From NCBI GenBank assembly GCA_004764695.1, contig SMSO01000006.1, positions 201,859 to 265,858 of the forward strand: DNA of 64,000 nucleotides, in the 5' to 3' direction. Origin of the DNA: Schizochytrium sp. TIO01. Taxonomy: Eukaryota > Protista > Bigyra: Labyrinthulomycetes. The notes under the pieces were generated by a model, which was given only the letters and a program-made list of their open reading frames with translations, made no database searches and was not told the DNA's origin. Below are positions 1 through 11,586 of this stretch, in pieces (positions within the stretch are counted from its first letter, which is position 1; each line of letters starts with the position of its first letter). A program made the translations under genes and the position numbers.

Positions 1-2963
1 TTGAAAGCTGCGGTCCTTCCCTTTAGAATAAAATACGCGCCGTGACTGGATTTAGGACGTTCTAAGGTTTTCCGACAGACTCTACAAAAGTCAATTTTGC
101 AGCCAGGGGGCACTCAACTTAGCAATGTTGTTCGCGTGACCGAATACACACTACAGGTAAATAGGAAAATGAGATCACTGGTTGATGATGAATGCTAAGT
201 CGCGCTTATCTCTTGATCTTGATCGTGCGAGGGCATCATGAGTTGTAATTGTTAATAGCATTTTAGTACCTACGATGTTGATTTTATTGTATTTTTTCAT
301 TTAATTAACACAAAGTTTTAAAAAAGAAATTTATCTCTATGTACCTGTTAGCAACTTCTATCAATTAAAAAAAAAAATCAACAAGACACCCAGATAGCAG
401 GTATAGGTACTACTACGACGGAAAATAGTACGTACATATAAATTAGTCTCTTCAAAGTTTGAAGAGAATGCTCAGCAGATACAAAGAGACCACATGCCCT
501 TTCGTTTGGTTTGGAGGTCCTTCTGACAGGATGCAGGGGCCTAGGTTGCAGAGTCAGACTTCTGCATGTCAGCGGGGCCTTCACCTTCACTGGGATTGGC
601 CAAGGCCATCAAGATAGGCCATGACATGATTTGTGCAACAATAAGTTGACGAGTCGGTCTAGTGCTGAACTGAAAAGAAAGCACCCCAGGACAGTAAGCT
701 GCAAGAAAGCCAAACGCAGCTCAACTATTTATCCGCATTGCTTCGCGAACTAAACTGACCCTTCGATGTCTGGGTGGTCAAGTTTATCTTAAGATCCATT
801 CAAGCGAGGTCTTATTCAAGGCACAGCGCCTCGAATACCTGCTCCCGGGCTCTTGACCGCACGCGCCAGACTACTGCGGTGGTGTTGCACCTGCCCAGTG
901 TCGCAGTAGTAGTCAGAGCGAATTCTGCTCTCCCCCGTTGATGTGTTCAGAGTTTGCATACCTAACTTGAATGCCATGTCTGCGCTCCTTCTCTGTGAGC
1001 TGCTGCCCGTGGTCGATAATTCGTATTCGTAGCAAAGTTGTTTCGATGCATCAATCTGACGAAGATGATGATGATTATGATGCTGATGATACTGGCAAAT
1101 GGAGACCTGTCGATGCGGCACGGATACGGTATTCCAGTAAACTGAAACGCACTTGGACCAGCGAGTGCAAGTGTGGTAAGCGAAGGGTTGTCTAGTATCT
1201 CGAAGTTGGACTCGAATAAGGTTATCTAGCCAAAAGCAGCAGCTCAACAACCTGAAGAAAAGAAGGTGTGTTAGTTACTACCTTTGGAGTAACTCCAACT
1301 CATCTTCCCATATAACCTCTGTGTGCTTAGACCGCAGAAAACAGAAGAAAAGAGAAAAAAGTTTAAGTTTGCACATACACACGCACACTCACAATTGGTA
1401 GGTTAGTAGGTCTTGTACGAGTAGACAGCCATGAGTACCCGTCTCTCTTCGGGCTGGACTGAAGACTTAGCTGAGTATTGCAATGACTCTGCACTCTCAG
1501 AGGCTACTCCTAAAACTTCTTTCCTTAGCTTGAAAGTTAGCTACAGGTGTATCGTGCATAAATGAAGACTCTAGGTTGTTGATAGCTTTTACTCAGTTAA
1601 CACTGTGAGTTAGAATTTAGTAGTACTTTTTGAACGCTGATTGATCATATAAGTTCTTTCGTTGCTTTTATTATTCGAGTATTCACGAAGGTGCTACTTG
1701 TAATAAATCGTAGCTCATGAAGCGACCGAGGCTGAGATTTTCGATAATATGAGAGAAGGCAACTGAGTAATATTGGTGGCCTTAAGAGAATAGGTCTGCT
1801 TTTGCAGTACAAAGGTAACTTGAGGAACACGGGGAACTTAGTTTAAAGTTGGAGATTAATCATATAGCTTCAAGTAGTTCAAAATGTCTAATTTGTATTA
1901 TTACATAGTACTGGTTTTTAGAACTCAATTAGTAGTATGGCAATTTAAATATAATTGCGCTCGGATTAAACCGTCACGAGGACATGATTAATCTGTTACA
2001 CTTCATCACGAGGGACATAAATTAGGTCTGCAATCTGCTGGATGTCTAGAAAAACAAATCTAGATTTCTCACATCACTACAAAAAAAGCGATCATAAGAA
2101 GTCACGAAGGGAACGTTCTTTTTTTTTGTATGGTGAAAAGCTGTGTACTATTTGTTTGGCAGGGGGAGAAAAACTGAAGTCTAAAGGCTGATTACAACAA
2201 AGGAAAGGTGAAGATATATGAAGCAGTGGGTGACTCTATGTTTTAAACAAAATCGACTCGTGAGCTTAGATAGTGCATTTCTATTCAATTTAGTCAAGAA
2301 CTTGAACAGGCTCTTTAAGAAAAAAGAGAAAAGAAAAAACCCAAGTGCCTAGACTGCATATGGCCCCAGTTTATTTCATTCAAATTTGCGACTATTCACA
2401 GGTGCAGGTTGAACCTCATAAGACATGAAGAAATTCAGCAAAGCAGTCGACATCTGCCAACCAACTCGACGAATGAGAGGAAACAGCAACAAGCCCACAA
2501 CAATATAAATATTAAAATTAGGCAACAATGTATGTGTGAAAAGGATCCTCAGGGTTGTGTGCGTTAATGCTTCTAGCTTGCTATCCTGAGCCAAACTTCT
2601 TATGTAGAAATCCTCTACTACTAGTAGTATATGTTAAAAACTACATTTTTAGTATGCACCGTGGTATCCCCCCCCTGTGAACGAAGACTCCGATCTGTAG
2701 CATCACAGCTTGCAGCATTTCCAATGGTGTGTTGGTGCACTCTCTATCAGTCTTTATATATCGTCGCATTGTGCTTTCTTCATATGTGTGCTCACGAAGC
2801 TCCGCAACGAGCTAAGGTAGACTTCAAGATCTCACTTAGGCAACTAGTGGACCCAACTTTTGATCTCTCACCAGTTGACTACCACACAGTAGAATAACAA
2901 CAAACTGCAAACCTTCGTGCTCGAACTCGTCGCACTGTACAGTCTGCAATACTGTGAGACACA

Positions 2964-4523
2964 ATGGGTGTCCGCGGTCTCACGAGGCTCACGCGCACCT
3001 ACTGTACGCCTCGACGTGTGGAGCTTGGCCCTGAGCACAGGCTGCTCTTGGATGGTCCGGGCCTGACTTTTCATCTGTATAAGGAGTTTGGTCTCGACTG
3101 GCTGGGGGGCGGTGAGCTTTCAAGCTTTGCAGATTGCGTGCGCTCTTTTGTGCAAAAACTCAAGGGGAGTGGCGTGAAGGTGGAAGCATTTTTTGATGCC
3201 ACACATGCTGTAGATCATCAAAAGTTGGAGTGCACAATACGCAGGAGACTTGACGATGTGCGGACTGTGACTAAAATTGTGACTGCAATGGATCAGGGTG
3301 AGAATCCTACAAATTTCATTCTTCCGCTCCTTGCATTTGATACCGTTCGCACCGTCCTTGTGCAAGCTGGGGTTCCTGTTTTGCAGGCAAGTGCAGTGTC
3401 AGGAATGGGCTATGAAGCGGATCCTTACATTGCCCGGGCTGCCGCAGGAGATGAGGCCGCGATTGTTCTCACCAACGACAGTGACATGATTGTTTTCGAT
3501 GCTGTATGTTCTGTGGCATTCTTCGATAATTTGGCTGTTACAGATACTGGTTTGGCGGTTGCACGTGTGTACGAGCGCAAACAAATTGCAAGCACCTTGG
3601 GTATCGACCAAGAAGACCTTCCCAAACTGGCATGCCTTACTGGAAATGACCACTCCAATGACTTAAGTCTTGGGATTTGGCACGGGAAACTCCGTCTCAA
3701 CATGTCTTCACTCAATTCTCTACGCTTTTTGGAAGCCGCAGCGGTGAGTATTCGAGACAAAGACCTTGACAAGAAGCTTGGCGAATCATGGATACAAGCC
3801 AGTCAGGATGTCTGCGCGTGGTATCGATTAAAAAAAAATGATATGGAAAATGGTCCGTTAGAAGAAAAGTTCATGAAAGCTCCATCTAAGCCATGCTACT
3901 GGTGGCCTCGGCCTGTCATTGAAAATTTTGACCACGATCTTTATGTTGCAGATATCATGCGCCCCCTTCGACTTGCCCTTGGACTTAATGTCCCAGAAAG
4001 ATGCCCTCCAAACTTTCATCTTCAAGAAATCAACTCAAAAAAGCGAGGAACGCCCCCTCCTCCTGAGGTTTTGCAAACTCTCCAAACATATTCTGAAGAG
4101 CTCATACGATCTCGAGATGCAAACAAGATCATTCAAATTGCTCATCTCTGTTTACATGTATCAAGATGCAAACATTCCAAGCTAGCAGACTTCGCAAACT
4201 GTCAGTCCTGTATCACGCATCATGAATATCATCGCCTTAGAGCTCTTTGGCCTTCTCTTCTTAGCAGCGATATCAGCGATATCACCAATGTAGGAGCAGA
4301 AACAAGCGGCAAGAAAATCAGACACAATGTTCATCAAAATCGTTATTCTAAACACGACGGAAATAGTAAATCTACACACCTTGCCCGTTCACGAGCTTCG
4401 TCTCTATCAAGCCTTATGCAAGGTGTTATTCATACTGTATTTGTAGCGAACCCGGGATATCATGACATAGTTCCCTTGGAGTTGCTCTTCAATTCTTCAC
4501 AACTTAACTCTCAGCTTCACTGA
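2964..4523 (+). CDS. Asteroid (ASTE1/FAM120-like) PIN/XPG-fold nuclease-like protein, 519 aa
   Basis: ATG-initiated 519-aa ORF. It has the N-terminal MGVRGL, LLDGPGL, GGEL..F, VEAFFDA, EADPYIA, VLTNDSDMIVFD and LACLTGND motifs typical of the asteroid/FEN1-XPG PIN-like domain with acidic catalytic residues. Confidence 0.85.
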   Translation: MGVRGLTRLTRTYCTPRRVELGPEHRLLLDGPGLTFHLYKEFGLDWLGGGELSSFADCVRSFVQKLKGSGVKVEAFFDATHAVDHQKLECTIRRRLDDVRTVTKIVTAMDQGENPTNFILPLLAFDTVRTVLVQAGVPVLQASAVSGMGYEADPYIARAAAGDEAAIVLTNDSDMIVFDAVCSVAFFDNLAVTDTGLAVARVYERKQIASTLGIDQEDLPKLACLTGNDHSNDLSLGIWHGKLRLNMSSLNSLRFLEAAAVSIRDKDLDKKLGESWIQASQDVCAWYRLKKNDMENGPLEEKFMKAPSKPCYWWPRPVIENFDHDLYVADIMRPLRLALGLNVPERCPPNFHLQEINSKKRGTPPPPEVLQTLQTYSEELIRSRDANKIIQIAHLCLHVSRCKHSKLADFANCQSCITHHEYHRLRALWPSLLSSDISDITNVGAETSGKKIRHNVHQNRYSKHDGNSKSTHLARSRASSLSSLMQGVIHTVFVANPGYHDIVPLELLFNSSQLNSQLH

Positions 4524-7500
4524 ATAACCTGGTCAAGTATTTGACTATCACCATGAGCAGCTTGCAAGTGTGCAAGAGCCATAGCTGCGGCTTCATTGTC
4601 TGGATCTAGGGCCAAGGCTCGTCGGAAGTGAATCCCTGCCTCACGAATATGACCACGGCTAAAGGAGATTACTCCAAGGTTATTCTCTGCACCAGAAGCA
4701 TGCGACGGAAAACCCTCTGTAACAATCTCATACAAATTCGCTGCTTCTACAAACTGACTTGTTCGAAAGTATGCATTGGCCAAGTCCATCAGCGTACGTG
4801 GATCCCGTACCTTGCTCCGCAAAACCTTCTTAGCAGGCAACGTATCCACAACATCTAATACTGAATTGTTCAAGTGCAGCAAGAGGACCTTGCGAAAAAC
4901 ACGAACAGCTTCTTCGTGTTGACCGGACTCCGCCACAATCTCGCCCAAAAGTCGCATGGCCTCAAATTCTTTAGGAAAGTCACGCAATAGTCGCACCGCA
5001 AGACCCACTCGGTTTGTCATACGGTAAATGCGTGCCAACTGGCATGCCAAAACAGGGCGAAGACCTCCGCCATCAGGCTCTTGACTGCGGCCTTCATCCA
5101 ACGCCTTGAGAGCCGAGCGAGCGTGAACGAGGGCAACATCTGAGCGCCCCAGCTCAGCATTTGCATAGGCAAGGTTTACTCGAGCACTCTGTTTGCATAA
5201 GTCTACTCGATCAGCACGTTCATCACACATCACCAAAACCTTGTCAAGGCGGAGCACGGCACGCTTAAACTCGCCTTGTTTGATCAAAGCAGCACCGAGG
5301 TTATTGGAAGCCCCTATGTGGTTTTCTAGAGAAGGATGCTCGAGCAGATTAACAGCAGCTGTAAAGTGACCCAAATGAAACTCTAGACTGCCGCGAGCGT
5401 AGCGAACCTGTGACATTTGTGCTGCATTGAGAAATAGCTTTTCCATGAGCAAGCTGTATACTTCTGCAGCTTCCATTGTCTTACCTTCTCGTTGCAAAAT
5501 GTCCGCATATTCTAGAAACCCATCAGGAACACAATATTGGACTTGCAATTTGTGGTTATTTGGTATTGAACGTAAGCTTTGGACAGCTTGGTCAAAATTT
5601 ACTGTTGCAGTCCTTCTACTTACATCCGTGTCAGAATAAAGCTCAAGGTGTCCTTTCGCAGCTAGCACGCATGCAGACCGAGAAGCATCCGCATTGGTGG
5701 AAGGTGCTGCAAGAGCCGTAGTCAATGCAAAGGATGCAGACTGCAGCTGTTTAGACTGCAGGAGAACCCAGATAGGACCTGCAGTAGAGCTTGCCATGGA
5801 AAAATGTCTAGCAACAAGTGCCTGCACACGTGGGATCATGGACTGTGTCACAGTGCTGAGGCTACTTTGGCAAGACCAAGCAGCCACCATATGCATTTCT
5901 TCTTGTTCATGGTCACTTAATGCACCAAATCTACCGGACGATAACGCCCACCAAGCATGAATAGCAGCTGCCTTGTGCCTCATTTGGCGCCACCGGATGC
6001 GAGCAAGTTGAATGTGCAGACCTCCCAGTGTTGGGGACATATAAGAGAGTTGCATGGATTGTTTCCCGCCAACGAGATACTCAGCAATCAATAAATGAGC
6101 AGCAAACGCATCTTGCTCGGTATCACTGGTCTTAAGGTATTCCTCAAATTCTAGACTTAAGGCAGCGCCTAGAACCTCAAGGGCTTTGCTTTCTAGTACG
6201 CTGAAGTGATCGTAATTACCATTAATAATATTCTCTCTGATCAAGATCTGACCTCGGGCGAGGGCAATGACACTATGCTTGCTGCTGTACTGTTCTGCAA
6301 GCTGCAAGAAATTATGTCCCACTGATGGGTGCTGCAGTGCTTGTGACAACGCATACACACGTTCAGCCTGCGATGAAATTGATGAGATAGCTTCTAACGC
6401 TCTTGGGACATCTTCCTTGGCTGATGCTAGCTCGCAAGCATAGTCAGCAGCGCCAGAGGCCTTGGAGCGCACGGCCAAAATTTTGGCAATTTTCGATTGC
6501 TCACCTTTCATTGATTTAGCAGCTTGAAGAGCGTCATCAAATAGACCGCGCTCCATTAGCTCATCAATTTTTTGTGGTCTGAGGCGCGCAGCTTCGTCTT
6601 CCTGCCCTAATCTCAATAAGACACGTCTAAGATGTAAGTCGTTCAACTCTGAATCATCGCCGGATACCCTTGCAAACCACAAGGCTGGACCAAGTTGCCC
6701 ATTGAGTGCAAATACCATACTGAGTTCTCTCAGCGCTGCTTTCCCTGCCCCTTCGTCAATAGCATCGACGAGTAAATCTGATGCATCTTGCGCGCGTCCA
6801 AGGCGACGCAACACACTCCCTAAATGCAGCAAGACTCTTGCATGCATGGCATCAATTGACTCAAACGCCCAGTTCCAAGGATACTTTTCCAGATTTACAA
6901 CAAGTTCATTTCGTGCGTGTTTGGCTTTGCTGCGTTGAGCGTATGAGGTAAATGTTAAAGTGCGAGTAAGGTATTCTGCAACAACCTCAAGATCCTCAGG
7001 TTCGTATTCTTCATGAGCCTTTGCAAAGCGGTAGAACGTATCAGCTGCACCACGAGTCATATTATTGGAAACACAATGGATCGCCTCACTGAATGCCTCA
7101 TGAACTTGGGAAAGTGATGCCCGGGGGCGCCGTGCCGAAAGTTCCGCACCAAGTGCATGAAAAGCGGCCGATTCGTGGGGGTGTTGATCAGTTGCTCGGC
7201 GTAAAAGGCTAAGGCGCTTGTCCTCCCCTTCGGCATGGGCAGCCCAAAGGAGGGCACGCAAATGAGCCGGGTGGTTGGGATCAAGGCGAGCAAGAGCCTG
7301 ATTGAAACTATACACTGCACGCTGGCGGTTTCCTAATGTCAGGAGTGCGATACCTAGTTCTACATGAGCAGCAGGGACGAGAGGGGAGTAGTCATGCGCA
7401 ACCACATGTTCAAAGCAGTCCACAGCGACTTCAAGCAACTGTTGCGAAGCAAACATAAGCCCAAGGCTCATCAGGCCGCCAACGTCATGCGAAATTGGAA

Positions 7501-10500
7501 CGCCTTCCTTCGCTGCGAGAGCCACACGGGATTCTGAAAGAGTGGATGATTCACGTGAAGAAATCGTTCGGTTAGACGTAGTCCGGGTCACAATCGTTCT
7601 ACCAGGCGTAGTAGGCGGAGTCGACTTCCAAGACTGGGGCACAGGCAACCGCGGGCCTTGCACAGGAAGACCAATAAGAGTTTCAGTTATGCTAGTGAGA
7701 CGCGAAGCCTCAAGTTCATGCTCCTTTGCTAGGGCGGGCTGTCCTTGGGCAGCTAACAGGAGAGCGAGGCTACGATGCACGATAGAATTAAGTGGGTCCA
7801 ATAATTTGGCTTCGTTAAGGAGTTCAAGAGAGCGTTCCGGTTCACCACGACGAACTTGCACCGTGGCAAGGTCGATACGAGCTTCCAAAGCCACGTCATC
7901 GTCATTGTCAGATGCTTTAAGCTCTGCAAGAGTGATCGCAGTATTTAAACTATCCTCAGCCTGATCAAGCTGCTCCAAGCGTGCTTGAGCACGACCAGTA
8001 AGTAAATGTGTAGCAGCATGCTTGGGGTTGAGATGATGAGCAGCTGCAAAGCTCTCCAAGGCTCGGTGAATCCGACCAGCATCCATATGTAGCTTCCCAA
8101 GGGCCAACAAGCAGTCCAGACAGGTTGGCTCGGCGCGCAGAGCACGCTGCCAAGCCGTCACAGCAACAGTGTCCGAGGCAGAAGACCTTGCGAGGGCCTT
8201 CATGGGCGCTGGGTTGCGTGGCCATAAGCGAACTGCGGCTTGAAGTACAGCGCCTGCCTCAACAGGCAACTTTGCTTCATTGAGAGCCTCTGCAGCTTCC
8301 AGATGTAGATCAACGCTTCCAAGGTTGTTTTCGTATTGTCCTTGGAAAGCGGTCCAAAAGAATTCTGCTGCTTCGCTAGAGCGACCCAAAGCAACGAGTG
8401 TTCGGGCTAAGCCAATATTACTCTGCACATCAATTTGGTTGATTTGAACAGCTGAGCGAAATGATTCAAGGGCTTTACTGAGGTTATCAACAGAGAGTGA
8501 GGTTCTGCCCTGGCCCACCAGAGCACGCAGACGCATAGATGAACTTCCTTCATTCCCTGCACTCATTAAGCTTTCAACCTGACTAAAGATTTTGTTGGCA
8601 TCCTCAAATGCACCTTGTGCAAGTTTCACCTCACCCATCAAAAGTAAAATTGATCCTTGGAGCTCTTGCTGCTTTTCCTGTTTTAACAAGGGTGCCAACT
8701 CTCTGTCGACAACCTCAGCAGCTTCACGCAAACGACCTTGCCCAAGAAGAGCTTTCGCGAAAAGCACTCGTGAGAAGGTCTGATCCGCAGTCTGCGCTGA
8801 GATCAGCCCAGTCTTGGCTTTTGAAGGGTCTTGACCTTTTACACGAGTTTTTGTGGCCGCTGGTGTAGGGTGCGCAGAGATAGTGCCAAATTCTAGAGTT
8901 TTTGCAGCCTCCTCAACGCGATTAACTTCAAGAAGGGCCTTGGCAAGGTCGATTCGCGCTTCCAGTGCTGTTTTGTCCAGCCAAACGGCTTGCTGGAAAT
9001 GCGTAATAGCACGGCGCATTAGATTATCAGCCTCAAGTTTGGAGATATGAGCATCGGATGAGCCTTCCAAAAACTCATGCCGTAGAATATAGCTCCTAGC
9101 ACGCAAGACGCGAGCAAGGTGGAGATGTGCTGGTGCCGAATTGGGGAAAAGTTTCACAGCTCTGGACAAACTCCGTGCTGCACCTTCCCACTCCTGGCGT
9201 TCGGCAAGCAATGCGCCCACACGGATCATAACGTGTGTATCATTGCAGCCTGCAGAGATCGCCCGTTGAAGGTGCACAAGCACCATTTGGGACAAGATTC
9301 CCGCTGGTATATTTTCATCAACGTCGTGGAAAGTCGTCGACGGTTGAACAGGGCCTCCACCAGTTGACAACTTTTTTAATAATGTAGTTGTTGTTGCAGA
9401 TGGTGATCCTGCAGATTTAACTCGTGCCATATACCCCTTCATGTGTTTGCTGGGTTCGTCGGATGGTGTCTCAGAGAATGTGAGAAGGGCATCGTAGCTA
9501 AGCCCCAGGCCGCGATTGGCTTCGAGTGAATATGGTGCTTCTTTAAGCACACGCGCGAATATTTCTGCGGCCTCGCGCGCCAGGCCTCGTTCGAAGGCAA
9601 TCCGTGCTGTTGTTGTGCCAACATAAACACGAAAGTCGACCTCTTCCCATGGTGGGGATCTTGAGAAGCTGTGATCATACAGTTCTTGAAATGCCTCTTG
9701 GGCCCTCGGTTTATCGCCCACCCTGAGCAGCGCCTCTGCTCGGATGCACATGACCCAACGAGCAGCTTTGGAGTTCTGCACTGCGTACATTTCCTGCTGT
9801 CTGGCTTGGGCTTCCTGTGCTAGGGCCCGGCGAGAGTTTTGACATGCAATTGATTTCGCTTCCGAGTTTGAAGCTTCGTCTAATAACCTCGTCTTCGTGG
9901 TGGCATAATTAGCAGGTGGGGTTGAGGCATTCCCATTGCGATAATCTCCACTCTTTATTGGTATCTTGGATGCGGAGGCCACCAGTGTTTGAAAATGCTG
10001 TGCGCTCCTGAGGGCCTCTGCCCACGCTTGATCTGCCTCTGCCCGGAGAGTCCTCAAAAGCTCAGACTCTGCGCCCTCGAGTCTCTCGACTTGCCTCATC
10101 CACACCTCAAGCATATTCATGGCCTCCTCTTCGCCGCCTTCCCAATGCGGTTCTTGAATATTTTGGTCCTTCTGCTGCGAATTCTCATCAGTTTGTTGAT
10201 CATTCTGTTGATCGTTTTGATATGCTTGAACAATTTCATCTTCAAAACGGTTTTCATAAATCTGATTATTTTGCTTGGTTTGAGGTGATTTCTTCGAATT
10301 GTTCTTATTCTGTAGTTGATCGTGCTGCTTTGCATCATCATAAGAAGCGTCCCGCCCTTCTCCTTCGCTGCGTTCAAGCCTGCGCTGCCATCTTTGCGAC
10401 CTCGCTCTCGCCGCGTTTTCCGCAGCTCGGAGTTCTTTCCCGGGTGCCGGCGTCTGTGCCGCAAGTAGGATCCCGCCTCGAAATTGTTCCGCTTCCGCTC

Positions 10501-10708
10501 GAGCCTGAGTGGCGGTCAGCGCAAGCGAGAGTAGCACCAGTGCAAGCCGCAGGGCGCTGCTGCCCCGCATCCCCATGCGCCATGGCCATGACGCCGCCAT
10601 GCCTGATGCCGCCGCAGAGTCCGAGTCGCGGCGCTGCCCCCGGCTGCGTACACGCCGCTTCGATCTCGGTCTTGCACGCGCTCGCGCCAAGAGGTCCTCG
10701 CCCTGCAT
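4517..10708 (-). CDS. Very large tetratricopeptide-repeat (TPR) protein, up to 2063 aa, with an N-terminal hydrophobic signal peptide/anchor
   Basis: Uninterrupted 6.2-kb ORF with many TPR-like units (e.g. LARTLVALGRSSEAAEFF, LGKLHMDAGRIHRALESFAAA, NNLGVISFSRGHIREAGIHFRRALALDPDN). The hydrophobic segment LRLALVLLSLALTATQARA follows M47. The true start could be ATG 10708, 10600 or 10570. Confidence 0.88.
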   Translation of the reverse strand: MQGEDLLARARARPRSKRRVRSRGQRRDSDSAAASGMAASWPWRMGMRGSSALRLALVLLSLALTATQARAEAEQFRGGILLAAQTPAPGKELRAAENAARARSQRWQRRLERSEGEGRDASYDDAKQHDQLQNKNNSKKSPQTKQNNQIYENRFEDEIVQAYQNDQQNDQQTDENSQQKDQNIQEPHWEGGEEEAMNMLEVWMRQVERLEGAESELLRTLRAEADQAWAEALRSAQHFQTLVASASKIPIKSGDYRNGNASTPPANYATTKTRLLDEASNSEAKSIACQNSRRALAQEAQARQQEMYAVQNSKAARWVMCIRAEALLRVGDKPRAQEAFQELYDHSFSRSPPWEEVDFRVYVGTTTARIAFERGLAREAAEIFARVLKEAPYSLEANRGLGLSYDALLTFSETPSDEPSKHMKGYMARVKSAGSPSATTTTLLKKLSTGGGPVQPSTTFHDVDENIPAGILSQMVLVHLQRAISAGCNDTHVMIRVGALLAERQEWEGAARSLSRAVKLFPNSAPAHLHLARVLRARSYILRHEFLEGSSDAHISKLEADNLMRRAITHFQQAVWLDKTALEARIDLAKALLEVNRVEEAAKTLEFGTISAHPTPAATKTRVKGQDPSKAKTGLISAQTADQTFSRVLFAKALLGQGRLREAAEVVDRELAPLLKQEKQQELQGSILLLMGEVKLAQGAFEDANKIFSQVESLMSAGNEGSSSMRLRALVGQGRTSLSVDNLSKALESFRSAVQINQIDVQSNIGLARTLVALGRSSEAAEFFWTAFQGQYENNLGSVDLHLEAAEALNEAKLPVEAGAVLQAAVRLWPRNPAPMKALARSSASDTVAVTAWQRALRAEPTCLDCLLALGKLHMDAGRIHRALESFAAAHHLNPKHAATHLLTGRAQARLEQLDQAEDSLNTAITLAELKASDNDDDVALEARIDLATVQVRRGEPERSLELLNEAKLLDPLNSIVHRSLALLLAAQGQPALAKEHELEASRLTSITETLIGLPVQGPRLPVPQSWKSTPPTTPGRTIVTRTTSNRTISSRESSTLSESRVALAAKEGVPISHDVGGLMSLGLMFASQQLLEVAVDCFEHVVAHDYSPLVPAAHVELGIALLTLGNRQRAVYSFNQALARLDPNHPAHLRALLWAAHAEGEDKRLSLLRRATDQHPHESAAFHALGAELSARRPRASLSQVHEAFSEAIHCVSNNMTRGAADTFYRFAKAHEEYEPEDLEVVAEYLTRTLTFTSYAQRSKAKHARNELVVNLEKYPWNWAFESIDAMHARVLLHLGSVLRRLGRAQDASDLLVDAIDEGAGKAALRELSMVFALNGQLGPALWFARVSGDDSELNDLHLRRVLLRLGQEDEAARLRPQKIDELMERGLFDDALQAAKSMKGEQSKIAKILAVRSKASGAADYACELASAKEDVPRALEAISSISSQAERVYALSQALQHPSVGHNFLQLAEQYSSKHSVIALARGQILIRENIINGNYDHFSVLESKALEVLGAALSLEFEEYLKTSDTEQDAFAAHLLIAEYLVGGKQSMQLSYMSPTLGGLHIQLARIRWRQMRHKAAAIHAWWALSSGRFGALSDHEQEEMHMVAAWSCQSSLSTVTQSMIPRVQALVARHFSMASSTAGPIWVLLQSKQLQSASFALTTALAAPSTNADASRSACVLAAKGHLELYSDTDVSRRTATVNFDQAVQSLRSIPNNHKLQVQYCVPDGFLEYADILQREGKTMEAAEVYSLLMEKLFLNAAQMSQVRYARGSLEFHLGHFTAAVNLLEHPSLENHIGASNNLGAALIKQGEFKRAVLRLDKVLVMCDERADRVDLCKQSARVNLAYANAELGRSDVALVHARSALKALDEGRSQEPDGGGLRPVLACQLARIYRMTNRVGLAVRLLRDFPKEFEAMRLLGEIVAESGQHEEAVRVFRKVLLLHLNNSVLDVVDTLPAKKVLRSKVRDPRTLMDLANAYFRTSQFVEAANLYEIVTEGFPSHASGAENNLGVISFSRGHIREAGIHFRRALALDPDNEAAAMALAHLQAAHGDSQILDQVIQ

Positions 10709-10927
10709 GGCGGCGGCCTCGACGCGCTGGCTTGGTCAACCAAGGCGGAGGCAGCGCGGGTTTGAATTGATTCAATACTTGATTTATCCCTTCATCTCTT
10801 CTTCTTCTTTGCGTGTTACCTCTTCTACCAAAGCGCGCCTCCATAAGCAAGATCACTCACTCGCTAGTATGTACCTCTTGGACTTAGCACCTGCCTACCA
10901 GGGACTACCATGCGGATACGCACCTAG

Positions 10928-10933
<6 letters not shown>

Positions 10934-10958
<25 letters not shown>

Positions 10959-11051
10959 GTCTTTGTTTGTTTGTTTGTTTGTTTGTTTGTTTGTTTGTTT
11001 GTTTGTTTGTTTGTTTGTTTGTTTGTTTGTTTGTTTGTTTGTTTGTTTGTT
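10934..11051. repeat. Compound microsatellite: (TC)n followed by (TTTG)~22
   Basis: Directly visible; it produces the low-complexity CLFV/QTNK ORFs. Confidence 0.95.
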
Positions 11052-11510
11052 AATTTCTTTCCAACAAAACCATTCTGCGTCGTTCATTCACTGATTGTCT
11101 CTGCGGCATATCCAGAAAGACTGACGTGCATGCATGGCTTGCATGCACCTCCAGGTTCCATTCCACGCGTGGGCTTCTTCGAGGCCCTCCGCGTCCTTGT
11201 GCTCTTGCTGCCAATGCTGCATCTCTGCCAGCCAAGTGCAACGATGCACAGGCGCTGTGATGCATGCGCGGATCGATTGGCCTTCTTCCTTTCTTTCTTT
11301 CTTCTTTCTTTCTCTGTCTTTCTTTCTTTCCTTCGCTCCTCGTTTTTGGTTGGTTGATTGATTGATACACGGCAATGATCCATCATGAAAAGGAGAGAAG
11401 GAATAACTGATCTCTTTCGTCGTCGTCGTCGTCGCTACCTGACACTAGGGAGGCACCTCGTGCTAGCAGCACTGCTAAGTACGCTTAGCTGGTGCTTCTC
11501 TTGCTGTCTT

Positions 11511-11586
11511 TCATTGATTCGTTCGTTTATTCATTCGTTCGTTCGTTTGTTCGTTCGTTCGTTCGTTCATTCATTCGTATATTCAT
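11511..11586. repeat. Degenerate (TTCG/TTCA)n microsatellite
   Basis: Visible imperfect tetramer run. Confidence 0.8.

Noticed and set aside
10509-11386. 282-aa ORF with CLFV repeats and overlapping K/E/R-rich ORFs
   Set aside because: Made of antisense GC-rich TPR 5' sequence plus simple repeats; no protein-like content.
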